Positions 41,001 to 51,306 of a stretch of 64,000 nt of DNA are shown piece after piece; the stretch's first letter is position 1, and each line of letters begins with the position of its first letter. The stretch is taken from IMG/VR virus record IMGVR_UViG_3300025128_000022. One strand, written 5' to 3'. The notes under the pieces were generated by a model. It was not told where the DNA came from. It saw nothing but the letters and a program-made list of their open reading frames with translations, and ran no database searches. This DNA comes from an uncultured virus (IMG/VR IMGVR_UViG_3300025128_000022) (Duplodnaviria; Heunggongvirae; Uroviricota; Caudoviricetes). The position numbers were made by a program, and so were the translations under genes.

Positions 41001-44000
41001 CTGCAGGTCTAGCAGGTAAAATAATAAACAAGACAGGACCTGTCATATCTTTAAAATCAGGTTTAGTAAAAGGTGGTGCTATTGCTGCAGAGGTAGGTAT
41101 TCAAACTACAGGTGAAGCATTTAGTGAAGTTGCAGGTCAAGGAAGTGAATTACTTTTAGGTGAAGACTTAGGTGGTGTAAATTTAGAAACTAATAAGCCA
41201 TACATTATACGTTCACGAAAAAGTTTTGATGGAAAAGAAATTGCAGCTGAAGCAGGTGGCTCACTTGGTAGTGGTAGTGCAGTAACTAACTATATGGTTA
41301 ATACATATATGATATCTAGAGATAATCAGTTTGATACTTTTATTCAAAACTTAACCAACCCTGAATTTTTATCTAATTATAATTATGCTACTGAAGAGCA
41401 GATTATGGATTATGTAAATAAAGCTGTAAAAAATAAAAAACTAACTGAAAAGGAAGCACAAAATATAAAAAAGAATTTAGGATTAAAACGAGATGCACAA
41501 AACGTAGCAGGTGAAGGTGCACCTAAAAATGTTATTTCTAGATTAATGCAGCTAATAAATGCACAAGAAATATTATCAGCCGATAGAAATAGAAAACAAA
41601 TATATAATCAAAAACTAAAGGAGATTGCTGATGAAATTAGCACACTTGTTACCACGCATAATTTGTCAGATAACCCAACTAATATTACTGATGGTTTAGT
41701 AGGATTGGATGTAGGAAGAATTAAAAGATTTAACAGGGCTAGAAACCAATTTCAAATTGGAAGTTTTGTAACAACAGACTATGAAAAATTTAAAAAGAAA
41801 CTAAATAGAGTTACAGACCCTGATGCATTATTTGCTATACAGGTCTATGACGATATGAACTTAAGTGAAGAAGCAAGTAACTTAGTAGCAGAAAAAATTA
41901 ATGAGCTTAAGAAAAAACAAGCAGCTCAAATGGGGATTGAGTTAGACCCCTCTGAACTTCTAACCGTAACTACAGATATAAAAGAAGATGCCGGTACGCA
42001 GCAAACGACAGATGAGGTGGTTAGCAGCCAACAGGAAGGACCTGTTAAAAAAGTGGACGAGGGAGTATCCCGTAAACCTACAAAACCTACCCGAAAAAGT
42101 CAAGAAGAAAAAAATGAGGTAACTAAACCCGAAGAAATAGAGGTTGGTTCTAATTCTATAACATTTACAAAGTCTACAAAAACTAGAAACCAAACTTTTA
42201 CAGAAGAGATTGTAGATGAAACTGAAGAAAACAACGAACAAACTACAGGAGTAAAAAAGGTGACGTTTGACTCGGAGATTGAAAATAAAAAAACAGGAAA
42301 GAAAACAAAAAGAAAAGGTAGTTCTGTTCCTATACAAGAAACTAGATTTAAAAACTTCGAAGAATCTATACGAGAAGAACTCAGGGATAGAGACATTATA
42401 GATGATAATGTTGAAACAGAAATTGAAATAGAAGAAGTAACACTTGTACCTGAAGAAACAGAGTCAAATGCAGCGGGTAATACTATATTTAAAGTAAAAG
42501 TAAAAGCCAAAGGTGCACCCGGTATTACTGCTGTTAGTATTGATGGTATCATTGCTGAAGAATCTGTTGACCAAGTAACTGAGCAGATAGATGAAGAAGC
42601 TATAGAAGGATTTGAAACATCTTTAGATGAAGATAGTAAAGTAGATTTTAAAGCGGAAGAAGAACAAAACGATAATTACTTTGAAAGACTATCTAAAGAT
42701 GAACAGGAAAATGTAAACAAGTTAGTTGATTTTGCTAACAAATCATTTCCGGGTACAATGATTAATGTAGATTCCGAAACATTTCAAAATGTTTTAAATG
42801 AACCCGGCACACAACAATATTTAAAAGGAAATGAAGTAGTGTATGGTATTACTAAAGATGGTGATATATATATTAATCCTGACGTACATAAAAACCAAAG
42901 CTCATTATTTAACACAGCTATTCATGAGATGGGTCATATTTGGGTGGATTATTTAAAAACCACCCCTCAAGGTGTAAAAATATATAATAGAGGTAAAGAG
43001 CTTGTAAGTAAAACAGAAGAGTATAAAAAACAATTAAAAAGATTTAATGGTGATGAGCAAAAAGCTATAGATGAAACAATGGCTGTACTTATTGGTAACA
43101 AAGGTGAGTCGATTGTAAATAAAACTCTGCAACAAAAATTCAAAGATTGGTTAAAGGGTATGTGGACATACATAAAGAAAACATTCAAGATGTCCAAAGA
43201 TTTAACTGAGGAAGAGATACAAGATTTAAACTTAGATGGTTTTTTAAATACAGCAATAGCTGATATATTTAGTGGTGAACCTATAGAACTAACTGAAGTA
43301 CAAAAGAAAAAATTAAAGAACCCTGATGTATTATTTAAAAAAGATTTATCAATTGAAGAAATAATATATAGAGGTAGACAGCAAGGACTTGCTGAAGTAA
43401 ACATTCAGGAAGTTTTAAGAAGAAGGCATGGTTTAAGTAAAAAAGAAGCTGAAGCTGCATTGCAAGAAGAAAGAGCAGCTGTGCCTAGAGCTTTCGGTAA
43501 TGTTGAAGGTGGGATTAATGTTGGTAGACAAATCCTTTCAGAAGTACAAGCAACAGAAAACAAAAGAAAAAGAAAACAAAAACGAGAAGGTAAAATTGTA
43601 ACTACTAAAGAAGAAAGAGCTCAACGTATACAAGAGTTAAAAGATAATCCTACATTTAAAAAACTTTCTGAGCTAGACCAACAAAGATTGATAGTAGCTT
43701 ATGATAAAGAGTTTGGTAGTGTAGCCGGTGTAGAAACACAGCGTGAGATTGAGTCTATACTTAAGGAATTGAAAGGCAGAAAGAAACAAGATAAGTTATC
43801 ACAAGGTGTAAGAAATAGATTAACAAATATTATTAAAGGTTTAATACCAAGGTCTGACAACATTACAAAACAGACATTGACAAGTTTGAACAAAAGAGTA
43901 GCAGAAGTTAGTCAAGAAAACTTTGATGCTGTTGTACAAGAAGTGCAAGATATAGCTAGAACTATAGAACAAAAAGATATACAGCAACAACGCAAAAAAA

Positions 44001-46870
44001 TTCAAGATTACGTTGATAAAAAGAAGAAAACTAGAAAAGGCACAACAAAAAAACCTGAAGCCGGTACTATAGAGTATAGAGGTATTACATATTTTGCAGC
44101 TGTCGATAAAATAATTAACATGACTCCTGACGAGTTAGCTGCAAAGCAAGAAGAACTTGATGCAAAAGAAGCTCAAATAGATGCTGCTTTAAAGAAAGAA
44201 GCTGAGGGTATAGATTTAACCTTAGAAGAAGCTATTCTTTTAGGTGAGGTTGAAGCGGTTGCTCGTTTCGGTAACATTGAGCAGATGACACTTTCAGAAC
44301 TTCAAGAAGTGATGAGAGCATTACGAGAGGATAGTAAAGAGTCTACAGAAAGATTATTTCAAAGAAGACAAAAGAGAAGAGAAGAAGCTGAAAAATTAAA
44401 TGAACAAGCTGATTCAGATATTCAAGAGAATAACCCATCTTTATTTAATGAAGACGGTTCTGTTAAAACCAATCAAGAGTTTCAAAATGAGCGTATGAAC
44501 TTTCTAACTTCTTTGAAGAAAAGAGGTGCTATAAAAACCATAGCTAAGGGTCTTGAAGCTATAGCAAAAGGATATGAAGATTTTTTTGGTTCTAAAAATC
44601 TATTTAGAAGTATTAGACAAATGGTTGATGTTACGGTCAGTAACTCAAGAACAATATTCAATATGCTTGATGGTGTGTATGGAACTAAATTTTTTGAAAA
44701 ACAATTTCATCAGCGTTTAGCTAGAGCTAACTTCAATAGAGAGCAAGGTGAAAGAAGAGTTAAGACTATACTTGATAACATAGCAAAGAAAGCAGGGATT
44801 AAAAAAGGAAGAATAATAGGTATTCCACAATTATTGCAGTCTAAAGGACCTTTAGAAATTAAAAACACCAAGGGTAAACCAATTAGTTATAGTCCACAAA
44901 TGTTGATGTATCATTATGCAATGAGTTTAAATGAAGATACAAGAAAAAGAATAGCTGAACAAGGAATTACTGATGAGGTGATAGAACAAATAAAAACCCA
45001 TCTTGGTACTGAAACTATTGCATATGTTGATGGTGTAGTTGAATATTTATCGGATACTTACTTTAATGAGGTAAACGAAGTTTATATTAGAAACAATGAT
45101 GTAAGTTTAGGAAAGATAGATAATTACTTTCCGGTAAGAATTGACACAACAGAGTCTATGCAAAAAGCGGATATGATATCTACTAAATCACCTTTTATGG
45201 ATGGATTTAGGGCTGCTTCACCTAAATCATTGAGAGCAAGAGGTAAGACAGGAGTTATTGACCTCACTACTTTGTTTGATAACACATTAACTACTCATGT
45301 CGAAGCTAATGAAAGATACAAAGCATATGCAGATGATGTTAAAACCTTCAACAAGATGTTAGAGTTTGACTCAGTAAAACTTTTATTACGAGCTACAGGA
45401 ACAGAAGGGATTGTAAATGAAACTTTAAATTATTCTGTTAATGGTGCGGTTGCATTTAAAAACAGTACATTAAAAGACGGATTTATTAATTGGCTGCAAG
45501 GTGGTTTTGTTGCGTATGTATTAAATAATAAGATATGGCAGATACCAAAACAGGCAAGTACCATGGTTGTGGGATTCACAAACATGGATGTAAAGGGTGG
45601 CAAATTAGGTGCACTAGGTAAATTAAGAGCTAAAGGGGGAATTAAAGGTCTTCTCGCACAAGCTCCGGCTACAATGCTAGATGCAACGGTATTTGTAGGA
45701 AGATATTTACAATTACTTTTAGCTACTTTGTTAGGAAAAGAAGGAGGAATCAAAACAGCTCGAAGAATATCAGCAGGTTTTGAAAACAGACTACAAGATG
45801 CATTGTCAGGAAGAAACTTAACACAATTATCTTCAGGTCAAGAATTAGGTGCTAATATTACGATTGATGTATCAGAAAGTGTAATGAATTTTATTTTCAA
45901 ACTACCCGGTATTAAAGGTAATATAGAGATGACACCAAGACAAGTATCGGAAAAAATCTCAGCAATTATGGGTGCAGGTACAAGTATTGGAGATATATTG
46001 GGAGTGCTTGGTTATTTAGTTGTCTACAATCAAGACATAGCCAACGGTATGACAGAAACAGAAGCTGCATTAAGATTTGTTGAGTACAATTTAACTCAGC
46101 AGTCTCGTAGAGATATGGACAAAGGAGGTCTTCAAAGAGAAGCAGGTTTACTAAAATTATTTACTACGTTTGGAAGCACAATGTTACTTCAGTTAAATGA
46201 CGTTGCATATAGAGGTAGAAACATATCTAGAGCAATACAAAGACAGATAGCTGAACTTAAAAAAGGTAATGTAAGAAAAGCAATTGATGAAGCTCCAAAA
46301 AAAGAAGACATAAGAGGATTAGTTTTATCAGGTGCACTTGCTAACATGGCTTTCGTAGCTGTGTCACAATTAATGATTTTATTCAGAGGTGATGACAAAG
46401 AAAAAGAAAAAGCAATTGAGGAGATTATGATACAAAGATATGGTGTTACAATGATGGAAGAACTACCTATCTTTGGAAATGCGTTTGTAGATTTAGCATA
46501 TCTTATAGAAACAGGCAAGAAAAGACCTCCGTTTCAAAGAAGTACAATAGTAGACCCTATAGAAAGGTTAGCAAGAGAGATTACAAGAGATTTTGGTGAA
46601 GAAAAATATGGTGAGGTCGCACAAACATTACTTGAATTTTTTATTGTAAAAGCACAACTTGACCCTATAGAATCTAGTTATGACCTTATTATGGGTGAAG
46701 GTGATACGGAAGATAATATATATAAAATACTAGGTATACCTAAATCACAAAGACCGAAGAAAGGTCAAGGCGGTGGTTTAAGTAAAAGCGAAATGTTAAA
46801 ATGGGCAAAAGAAAACAATCCTGATTTATATAAACAGCTTCTTCAAATTAGAAAATCTAAAAATAAATAG
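38057..46870 (+). CDS. Giant putative ejection protein with zincin-like HExxH motif
   Basis: 2937 aa; IYINP...TAIHEMGHIW; Gly/Ala hydrophobic segments. Confidence 0.6.
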   Translation: MNEKAFKQLYEEFVNTGYKGDRTEFIELLSTNTDAFMQGFNAFTSTGYNGDEDAFAELIGVTSPLKKKDEPQESGESVVEDGQLLSDTPDKKTAITDRDIPQMLERIEATVNGQPLWEVVGARSAEELREAININTDYEQRVDADAMPPEVQDDPALMAEYIKNFPAPTERQMELYAEFSGGNYDEILYNFDEEEGTGDVIPVDLPEVAVEKEAKKRTKEEVIEQKDELLLDMVGESNQTPQDVIDKVDNIDKEARAKVTEQVGVDLSNASYYNEDGTVNLDKVNFERQVEISKEEIDPNFDEFEEGVTARQRQLRNQRIKATRKLQEEFEKVESRDDLSVEDLTLLNNMLNEDLPLITGELIANDDNEQTIDFLNEKFGKYNLVFTPTSFGGMRVTRADGKADIAINIDPNIGSTEKEKQALANFITLNADVPDVELMDVEGYQQKAKRAQDMRRGAKNGIDGYEMVVSEKDGEFLVHPTLFPKNYDDQSSFPSSWEKLDNDDAYIFALQQNEVFKFKSQKDAEKFIADFQGVSTLDGEADAFYRERGLDYTAVKVAMDEYEQVRDEIIFIEELYFNTVQEYQGPGVGPFGMVSQNSKLIPENLRDPSTEDVVTPQVRELKDLTLADQKRFGHLFINGLPVAQLQDRLPELYRRRDILFDANFSDDITKAREDFDVYLRKQYDERSKKSLDNNNKVKEAYENLEKESLLEFQVKLEDLPEYVRENLEKLEPFQVNMASKIYGDYLMLQNEQQVLRVEYDLASNYFNAMENKNVKGEYIDNGLGFVNEFYKGLEQGNALNAILQYSMGIDMFDYFSDTVDPDDTMSVALAIVSSAQAKAEMGDSRTMLAWNDSKTAQESWEVFLDNPFEWAMQLSANSVGQMLEFGSQIIPAAGATGFGAGALTGPGGAVVGTGYGLRTGYAATGYAVEYTNSIFEAISEAGYDVMNPYSVELALQDEAMWKAAAARGNQRGIPIAVVNYFTAGLAGKIINKTGPVISLKSGLVKGGAIAAEVGIQTTGEAFSEVAGQGSELLLGEDLGGVNLETNKPYIIRSRKSFDGKEIAAEAGGSLGSGSAVTNYMVNTYMISRDNQFDTFIQNLTNPEFLSNYNYATEEQIMDYVNKAVKNKKLTEKEAQNIKKNLGLKRDAQNVAGEGAPKNVISRLMQLINAQEILSADRNRKQIYNQKLKEIADEISTLVTTHNLSDNPTNITDGLVGLDVGRIKRFNRARNQFQIGSFVTTDYEKFKKKLNRVTDPDALFAIQVYDDMNLSEEASNLVAEKINELKKKQAAQMGIELDPSELLTVTTDIKEDAGTQQTTDEVVSSQQEGPVKKVDEGVSRKPTKPTRKSQEEKNEVTKPEEIEVGSNSITFTKSTKTRNQTFTEEIVDETEENNEQTTGVKKVTFDSEIENKKTGKKTKRKGSSVPIQETRFKNFEESIREELRDRDIIDDNVETEIEIEEVTLVPEETESNAAGNTIFKVKVKAKGAPGITAVSIDGIIAEESVDQVTEQIDEEAIEGFETSLDEDSKVDFKAEEEQNDNYFERLSKDEQENVNKLVDFANKSFPGTMINVDSETFQNVLNEPGTQQYLKGNEVVYGITKDGDIYINPDVHKNQSSLFNTAIHEMGHIWVDYLKTTPQGVKIYNRGKELVSKTEEYKKQLKRFNGDEQKAIDETMAVLIGNKGESIVNKTLQQKFKDWLKGMWTYIKKTFKMSKDLTEEEIQDLNLDGFLNTAIADIFSGEPIELTEVQKKKLKNPDVLFKKDLSIEEIIYRGRQQGLAEVNIQEVLRRRHGLSKKEAEAALQEERAAVPRAFGNVEGGINVGRQILSEVQATENKRKRKQKREGKIVTTKEERAQRIQELKDNPTFKKLSELDQQRLIVAYDKEFGSVAGVETQREIESILKELKGRKKQDKLSQGVRNRLTNIIKGLIPRSDNITKQTLTSLNKRVAEVSQENFDAVVQEVQDIARTIEQKDIQQQRKKIQDYVDKKKKTRKGTTKKPEAGTIEYRGITYFAAVDKIINMTPDELAAKQEELDAKEAQIDAALKKEAEGIDLTLEEAILLGEVEAVARFGNIEQMTLSELQEVMRALREDSKESTERLFQRRQKRREEAEKLNEQADSDIQENNPSLFNEDGSVKTNQEFQNERMNFLTSLKKRGAIKTIAKGLEAIAKGYEDFFGSKNLFRSIRQMVDVTVSNSRTIFNMLDGVYGTKFFEKQFHQRLARANFNREQGERRVKTILDNIAKKAGIKKGRIIGIPQLLQSKGPLEIKNTKGKPISYSPQMLMYHYAMSLNEDTRKRIAEQGITDEVIEQIKTHLGTETIAYVDGVVEYLSDTYFNEVNEVYIRNNDVSLGKIDNYFPVRIDTTESMQKADMISTKSPFMDGFRAASPKSLRARGKTGVIDLTTLFDNTLTTHVEANERYKAYADDVKTFNKMLEFDSVKLLLRATGTEGIVNETLNYSVNGAVAFKNSTLKDGFINWLQGGFVAYVLNNKIWQIPKQASTMVVGFTNMDVKGGKLGALGKLRAKGGIKGLLAQAPATMLDATVFVGRYLQLLLATLLGKEGGIKTARRISAGFENRLQDALSGRNLTQLSSGQELGANITIDVSESVMNFIFKLPGIKGNIEMTPRQVSEKISAIMGAGTSIGDILGVLGYLVVYNQDIANGMTETEAALRFVEYNLTQQSRRDMDKGGLQREAGLLKLFTTFGSTMLLQLNDVAYRGRNISRAIQRQIAELKKGNVRKAIDEAPKKEDIRGLVLSGALANMAFVAVSQLMILFRGDDKEKEKAIEEIMIQRYGVTMMEELPIFGNAFVDLAYLIETGKKRPPFQRSTIVDPIERLAREITRDFGEEKYGEVAQTLLEFFIVKAQLDPIESSYDLIMGEGDTEDNIYKILGIPKSQRPKKGQGGGLSKSEMLKWAKENNPDLYKQLLQIRKSKNK

Positions 46871-47270
46871 TTTTAAAAGGCGAGTCCTTTTTATCTAGGT
46901 AAACCATCAGCTCTAAATCATTATAAGATTCCGGTCTTGGTTTTCTTCCTCCCCAAGATATATTACCCTTGATATGTTTAACTTTGCAATACACAATACC
47001 ATCAAGACATGCCCATATCATAACAGGATTTAATCTTTTGTCAGCTAACTTAACTAACTTTCTAGCAGCAACAGGTAGAGGGAATGCATCTTTAATCATA
47101 CGCAGTCTACCCTTGACTTCAGCGTATGCTATATGTATTGCCTTTGAATCAAATACTTTGTAGTCAATATCTTCAGGGTCTAGCTTTTTAAAACTTCCAT
47201 TAAATTTTTCTACGAATGTATTGATTGCTTGTTTTTCTCTTTTTAAATCCTGTTGAGATTCAAACCACAT
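46857..47270 (-). CDS. Putative PD-(D/E)xK nuclease-like protein
   Basis: DIDY...YAEVKGR. Confidence 0.5.
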   Translation of the reverse strand: MWFESQQDLKREKQAINTFVEKFNGSFKKLDPEDIDYKVFDSKAIHIAYAEVKGRLRMIKDAFPLPVAARKLVKLADKRLNPVMIWACLDGIVYCKVKHIKGNISWGGRKPRPESYNDLELMVYLDKKDSPFKTIYF

Positions 47271-47277
47271 ATTAAAT

Positions 47278-48036
47278 TTATAAATCCATTAAACAATTTA
47301 TGGCAGTATGTCCGCCTAACACTACGCCACACCCTATGGCTTGTTTCTTAAAATTTTTTGCGTATGCTGCCGCATATGTTTTTGCATCTATTCCGCAACC
47401 TACCTGCATTCCGAATACTCTAAACTTTTTTCCGACCAACCACTCTACATAAGCGGTAGTATGTGTGTGACCACAGACTGAAGACATCATATTATTTTTA
47501 GCTTTGGTCTTAGCTTGTCCTCCTTCGCCATGTTCATATAATACATCGTCATATGAAATATTTTCTACCCAATTCCATTTTGGAGTACCTAATACGTCGT
47601 TATAAGACCTTATCCATGCTGAAGGTATACCCCCTGTCATTGCCTTCCTAGAAGCCATTCTGTCGTGGTTTCCAATACAAACATCAGCTACAGGGAATGC
47701 TTTGTACCATTTTCTTATTCTCTTAACAGCTAATGACAGCTCGTTTCCTGCTGAAAGACCATCGGGGTCTTGTTCATGATATGAGAATCCATGCGAATCC
47801 AATATGTCACCAATAAAAATTACATGATTGCAATTATATGTGGCATAGATGTGCTGACAAAACTCTAAATAACCCTCTAAACAAAAAGGTTCATGAAGGT
47901 CTCCAATAATTAATATTCTTTTTTCTTTACGATTAATGCTTTCAAACGCAATACGTTTATTGCCGCTTAATCGGGGACGTATTTCATCGTAATGGTTTTT
48001 ATCTCCACTCGGTAAGTCGTAGGAATTATATTTCAT
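47278..48036 (-). CDS. Calcineurin-like metallophosphoesterase
   Basis: GDLH, GD, GNHD, HG, GHTH motifs. Confidence 0.85.
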   Translation of the reverse strand: MKYNSYDLPSGDKNHYDEIRPRLSGNKRIAFESINRKEKRILIIGDLHEPFCLEGYLEFCQHIYATYNCNHVIFIGDILDSHGFSYHEQDPDGLSAGNELSLAVKRIRKWYKAFPVADVCIGNHDRMASRKAMTGGIPSAWIRSYNDVLGTPKWNWVENISYDDVLYEHGEGGQAKTKAKNNMMSSVCGHTHTTAYVEWLVGKKFRVFGMQVGCGIDAKTYAAAYAKNFKKQAIGCGVVLGGHTAINCLMDL

Positions 48037-48214
48037 CTTCTATGTTTTCTAGTATTGAACGAAGCATACGAATGTTGTTCACTACTTCAACACGAAGTTC
48101 CTTATATTGTTGGTCTATTAAAAGCTCGTAGATGTTGTTGTTAGAGTTGTGAATCTCATTCATCACAAAATTGATGTGTTTGATTCTTTCGTGTTCAACT
48201 CCTCTAATTGGCAT
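48026..48214 (-). CDS. Hypothetical protein
   Basis: 62 aa ORF in operon. Confidence 0.6.
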   Translation of the reverse strand: MPIRGVEHERIKHINFVMNEIHNSNNNIYELLIDQQYKELRVEVVNNIRMLRSILENIEDEI

Positions 48215-48222
48215 AATTTTAT

Positions 48223-48789
48223 TTAATCGTATACTCCATTAAAAATTGTATTTAATTTTTTTTCAATAACCCCCTCAGTTTCCGGCTTTGTTCGGCTTCT
48301 TATTAAATCAAAGAGTTTTTTAAATCTCTTATCTCTGAGTTGATTAGTGTGGATTGTCTCTTTGAGACTTTGTACTTCCAAAGATAACATTTTATTTCTA
48401 TCTTCCAAAATTAAAATATGTCCTTTCAGCTCGTGAGGTTGCAACTCATCTATTCTTGGGTCTGCTATTTTGTAATATCTGACGCAGGTTTGATACTGAG
48501 AGTGGAGTTCTTTGTCGTAATCTAAAATAAAATTTATGTTTTTTAAATAATGAAGCACAGACGCATGGCTTTCTAGATTAAGATGAGATGCAATAGCGTT
48601 TACAGTAGAACCTTCGTCTCGCATGAGCTTTGCAAAAATCATTCTTCCATTTACAAAGTTTCTTTTACGAGTTTTACTTGTCAGTTTTATGTTGAAAACT
48701 TGGTTAATAATTTTTTTAAATAAATTGGCTCGTGTAGACTCTCTGTAATATGGCTTCATTTGATTTAAGTGTTTGATTTTTGGAAACAT
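48223..48789 (-). CDS. DnaA C-terminal (domain IV)-like HTH plus coiled coil
   Basis: SKTRKRNFVNGRMIF...IASHL...HASVLHY; real start may be ATG 48759. Confidence 0.65.
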   Translation of the reverse strand: MFPKIKHLNQMKPYYRESTRANLFKKIINQVFNIKLTSKTRKRNFVNGRMIFAKLMRDEGSTVNAIASHLNLESHASVLHYLKNINFILDYDKELHSQYQTCVRYYKIADPRIDELQPHELKGHILILEDRNKMLSLEVQSLKETIHTNQLRDKRFKKLFDLIRSRTKPETEGVIEKKLNTIFNGVYD

Positions 48790-49078
48790 AATCTAAATAT
48801 GTATCGCAATCAATTTTATTTACATTAATAAATATAGGAAAATCTTTTGGTTCATGGATATATTCTACCTCAAAAAAATAAGGGGTGCTATATTTCAACA
48901 CTCCTCCTATCTTTTGGGTGTATCCTTCTACCATTGGCAACATATAAGCATTGCATTCTATAAGAACCGCAATAGGAATGGACAGGTAGTCTGCCATATC
49001 TTGCATGTCTTGCATCAGACTATCATCAAACTCATAATAGATATCAATCCCCTCTATATATTTCTGTGATGCATCCAT
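48716..49078 (-). CDS. Hypothetical protein
   Basis: 120 aa ORF. Confidence 0.6.
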   Translation of the reverse strand: MDASQKYIEGIDIYYEFDDSLMQDMQDMADYLSIPIAVLIECNAYMLPMVEGYTQKIGGVLKYSTPYFFEVEYIHEPKDFPIFINVNKIDCDTYLDYVSKNQTLKSNEAILQRVYTSQFI

Positions 49079-49286
49079 GCTCTTCTAGTTCTTTTAATCT
49101 ATATTTTTGTAAAGTAGATAGTCTACCTTTTTCAGTTTTAACTTCGCTAAACAGCACCTGTGTGTTTGGGGGAATAGCAAGTAAATCCGGTATACCGTTT
49201 TTATTTGTCTTTACAAGTTTAAGAACATAATAACCTTTTGACTCAAGCTCTTTTATTCTTTTGCTTTGTATCTGCTGTTCTGTCAT
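49044..49286 (-). CDS. VRR-NUC nuclease
   Basis: EQQIQ...GIPDL...FSEVK...GRLSTLQ. Confidence 0.85.
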   Translation of the reverse strand: MTEQQIQSKRIKELESKGYYVLKLVKTNKNGIPDLLAIPPNTQVLFSEVKTEKGRLSTLQKYRLKELEEHGCITEIYRGD

Positions 49287-49458
49287 TTTTATAGTCTAAG
49301 TAAAATCCAATTCCCACAATCAAGTTCATTCCAATAGATGAAAATATTTCAACTAAATCGTGAAACGAGTGTATAGATAAATGAACATGACCTACCACCC
49401 AAAATGGAATTGCTAAGTTTTCGCTTATCCAAATCAAAGTAAACTTAACAAATCTCAT
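49243..49458 (-). CDS. Small membrane protein
   Basis: Hydrophobic segments. Confidence 0.5.
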   Translation of the reverse strand: MRFVKFTLIWISENLAIPFWVVGHVHLSIHSFHDLVEIFSSIGMNLIVGIGFYLDYKNDRTADTKQKNKRA

Positions 49459-49459
49459 A

Positions 49460-50698
49460 CTACAAATTTAAGAAATCTCTTTTGAAGTGTTTTAAAGTAT
49501 AGTCCTTCTTACGAGTCACAGCTTTATAAATTTTATCTTCGATTCCTGCTGAGGTAAACACCCAATATATTTTATTGTGAAGTCTGTTTTTGGTTGTCAT
49601 GCGGTCACGAGATTGCCAATAGGAGGTTGCAGAAAAATCTATATTATAGTAAATCAATGCATCGGCGTTGCGTAAACTAATACCTTCCCTCCCACTAACA
49701 ATCTGCAGAGCTATACTTTTATTTGTCTCATTGAAGACGCTTAGTTCCGTTGAAATGGTCTCCCCATAAACTTCCTTAATTGCATTTAGTTCTTCTTTAA
49801 ACTTATAAAAGATAGCAATTTTTTTATCTGAAAATTTATTTTTAATAAACTCAGCTTTTGTTAAGTCTAACACCATAGAACTACCGCTTTCAAATTTAAC
49901 AGTACCGGAAAAGATTTGGTGTAGCTTTGACATCAGCTTTACAGGTGTGTCGCCCATTATTACCTCATCTTTGCCTTCTACTACTAAATGTTTTTGTAGT
50001 TTTTTAGCAAGACTATAAGTCGCATCTTTCATGCGAACATACAAAATTTCTTCAGTAGTTTGCACTTCAAAACCTGCGTTTTTTTGACTAAAGTTTATGG
50101 TGAAGGGTCGCATCTTATCAAGGATACTCTCATAACCTGCAGAGTAATCTCTTATCTGCAGACCTCCGATTGGTTTTATTTTAACATTTACATAGTCATC
50201 AGAAAACCTATAAAAATTTTTGTAATGAGCAAAAGGATTAGTTGGTATACCATAAACTTGATGATACATTTGACTAAACGATTCAGGAGTTGGTGTGCCT
50301 GACAAAAGAATAACAAAAGGTTTTGTTTTACCAATCAGTTCCTTAACCTGCTTTGCTCTTTTGCTTGGCTTTGGAAACGCACCCATTGAATGAGCTTCGT
50401 CACATATAATAACATCCCATTGAGTATCAGGAATCTTGTGAATGCTTTCGTAATTAATGGTAGTTAAATTGAAAGAAGGATTGAGTAGTTGATAGTCATC
50501 TTCAATACTAGAGATAGCTTTTTTCTTTGTAACAAACAGAACGTTCACCGCTTTTACTCGGTCTGCTATCCCTAAGCTCGTAAGGGTCTTGCCTGTTCGT
50601 ACCTCCATAGCAAGGTAGACAAACCCTCTACTCAATAAGGTTTGACTACCTATGTCTATGATGGTATTTTGATATGGTCTTAACTCTATGACTTCCAA
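49460..50698 (-). CDS. SF2 (SNF2-like) helicase
   Basis: LRPYQ, RTGKT, DEAH, LSGTP, REGISL, QSRDR. Confidence 0.9.
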   Translation of the reverse strand: MEVIELRPYQNTIIDIGSQTLLSRGFVYLAMEVRTGKTLTSLGIADRVKAVNVLFVTKKKAISSIEDDYQLLNPSFNLTTINYESIHKIPDTQWDVIICDEAHSMGAFPKPSKRAKQVKELIGKTKPFVILLSGTPTPESFSQMYHQVYGIPTNPFAHYKNFYRFSDDYVNVKIKPIGGLQIRDYSAGYESILDKMRPFTINFSQKNAGFEVQTTEEILYVRMKDATYSLAKKLQKHLVVEGKDEVIMGDTPVKLMSKLHQIFSGTVKFESGSSMVLDLTKAEFIKNKFSDKKIAIFYKFKEELNAIKEVYGETISTELSVFNETNKSIALQIVSGREGISLRNADALIYYNIDFSATSYWQSRDRMTTKNRLHNKIYWVFTSAGIEDKIYKAVTRKKDYTLKHFKRDFLNL

Positions 50699-50955
50699 GT
50701 TTTTTCAAAGACTCCCTTTGAGTTCATGACCATAGTTAAACGAAAACATTCAGGATACTTTTCTTTTGCTTGTTTCCATGTTACCTCTTGTTCTTTTAGA
50801 ACTTCAAAGTTTCGGACAAGACCGAGGTCATCCCAATAATGTTTTTTGGTTTGATTGCAATAAATGACATCCTTTTTTTCAACGCCACCTCTTGCTTCTT
50901 CGTCTAATTGCGTTTTGTGAAACGCATCGTTTAGAAAATTTTCTAAGTTTTTCAT
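50686..50955 (-). CDS. Hypothetical protein
   Basis: 89 aa ORF with ACATTATG start context. Confidence 0.65.
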   Translation of the reverse strand: MKNLENFLNDAFHKTQLDEEARGGVEKKDVIYCNQTKKHYWDDLGLVRNFEVLKEQEVTWKQAKEKYPECFRLTMVMNSKGVFEKTWKS

Positions 50956-50999
50956 AATGTATTTGATTTAATTAACACAACCATTATTGATTGATTCTA

Positions 51000-51007
51000 C
51001 AAATATA
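51000..51007 (-). promoter_or_regulatory. Bacteroidota -7 element TATATTTG
   Basis: Intergenic; TTTG -33 element about 20 nt upstream. Confidence 0.75.
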
Positions 51008-51045
51008 CGAAAATTAGACGAGAAATCCAAATCCCTTCGTACAGC

Positions 51046-51306
51046 TTAAATTTTTCTATACTTATTTTCTGTCCAAGAATCTAATATTGCTGTGATTTTT
51101 GCACATTTCTCATAGTGTTCAACTTCAGTAAAATATTCTAACATATTTTCTAAAACTTCTTTGTCTACCGGCTGAAGAACATCGTGTACAAATACACCAT
51201 CGTCAGTCCCCATTAAAGAATTATCAAATCGGTCTTCCACTATAACATTGTATGAGTTTATCATAGCATTATATACCATTAGCTCATTGTCTTGCTCTTC
51301 TTTCAT
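51046..51306 (-). CDS. Small protein with UVR (UvrB/C)-like motif
   Basis: EVEHYEKCAKI. Confidence 0.55.
   Translation of the reverse strand: MKEEQDNELMVYNAMINSYNVIVEDRFDNSLMGTDDGVFVHDVLQPVDKEVLENMLEYFTEVEHYEKCAKITAILDSWTENKYRKI

Noticed and set aside
38057..46870. Virion RNA polymerase as in crAss-like phages
   Set aside because: No DxDxD-type catalytic motif (DFDID/DFDGD) spotted, and host-type promoters occur throughout; a profile search is needed to exclude it fully
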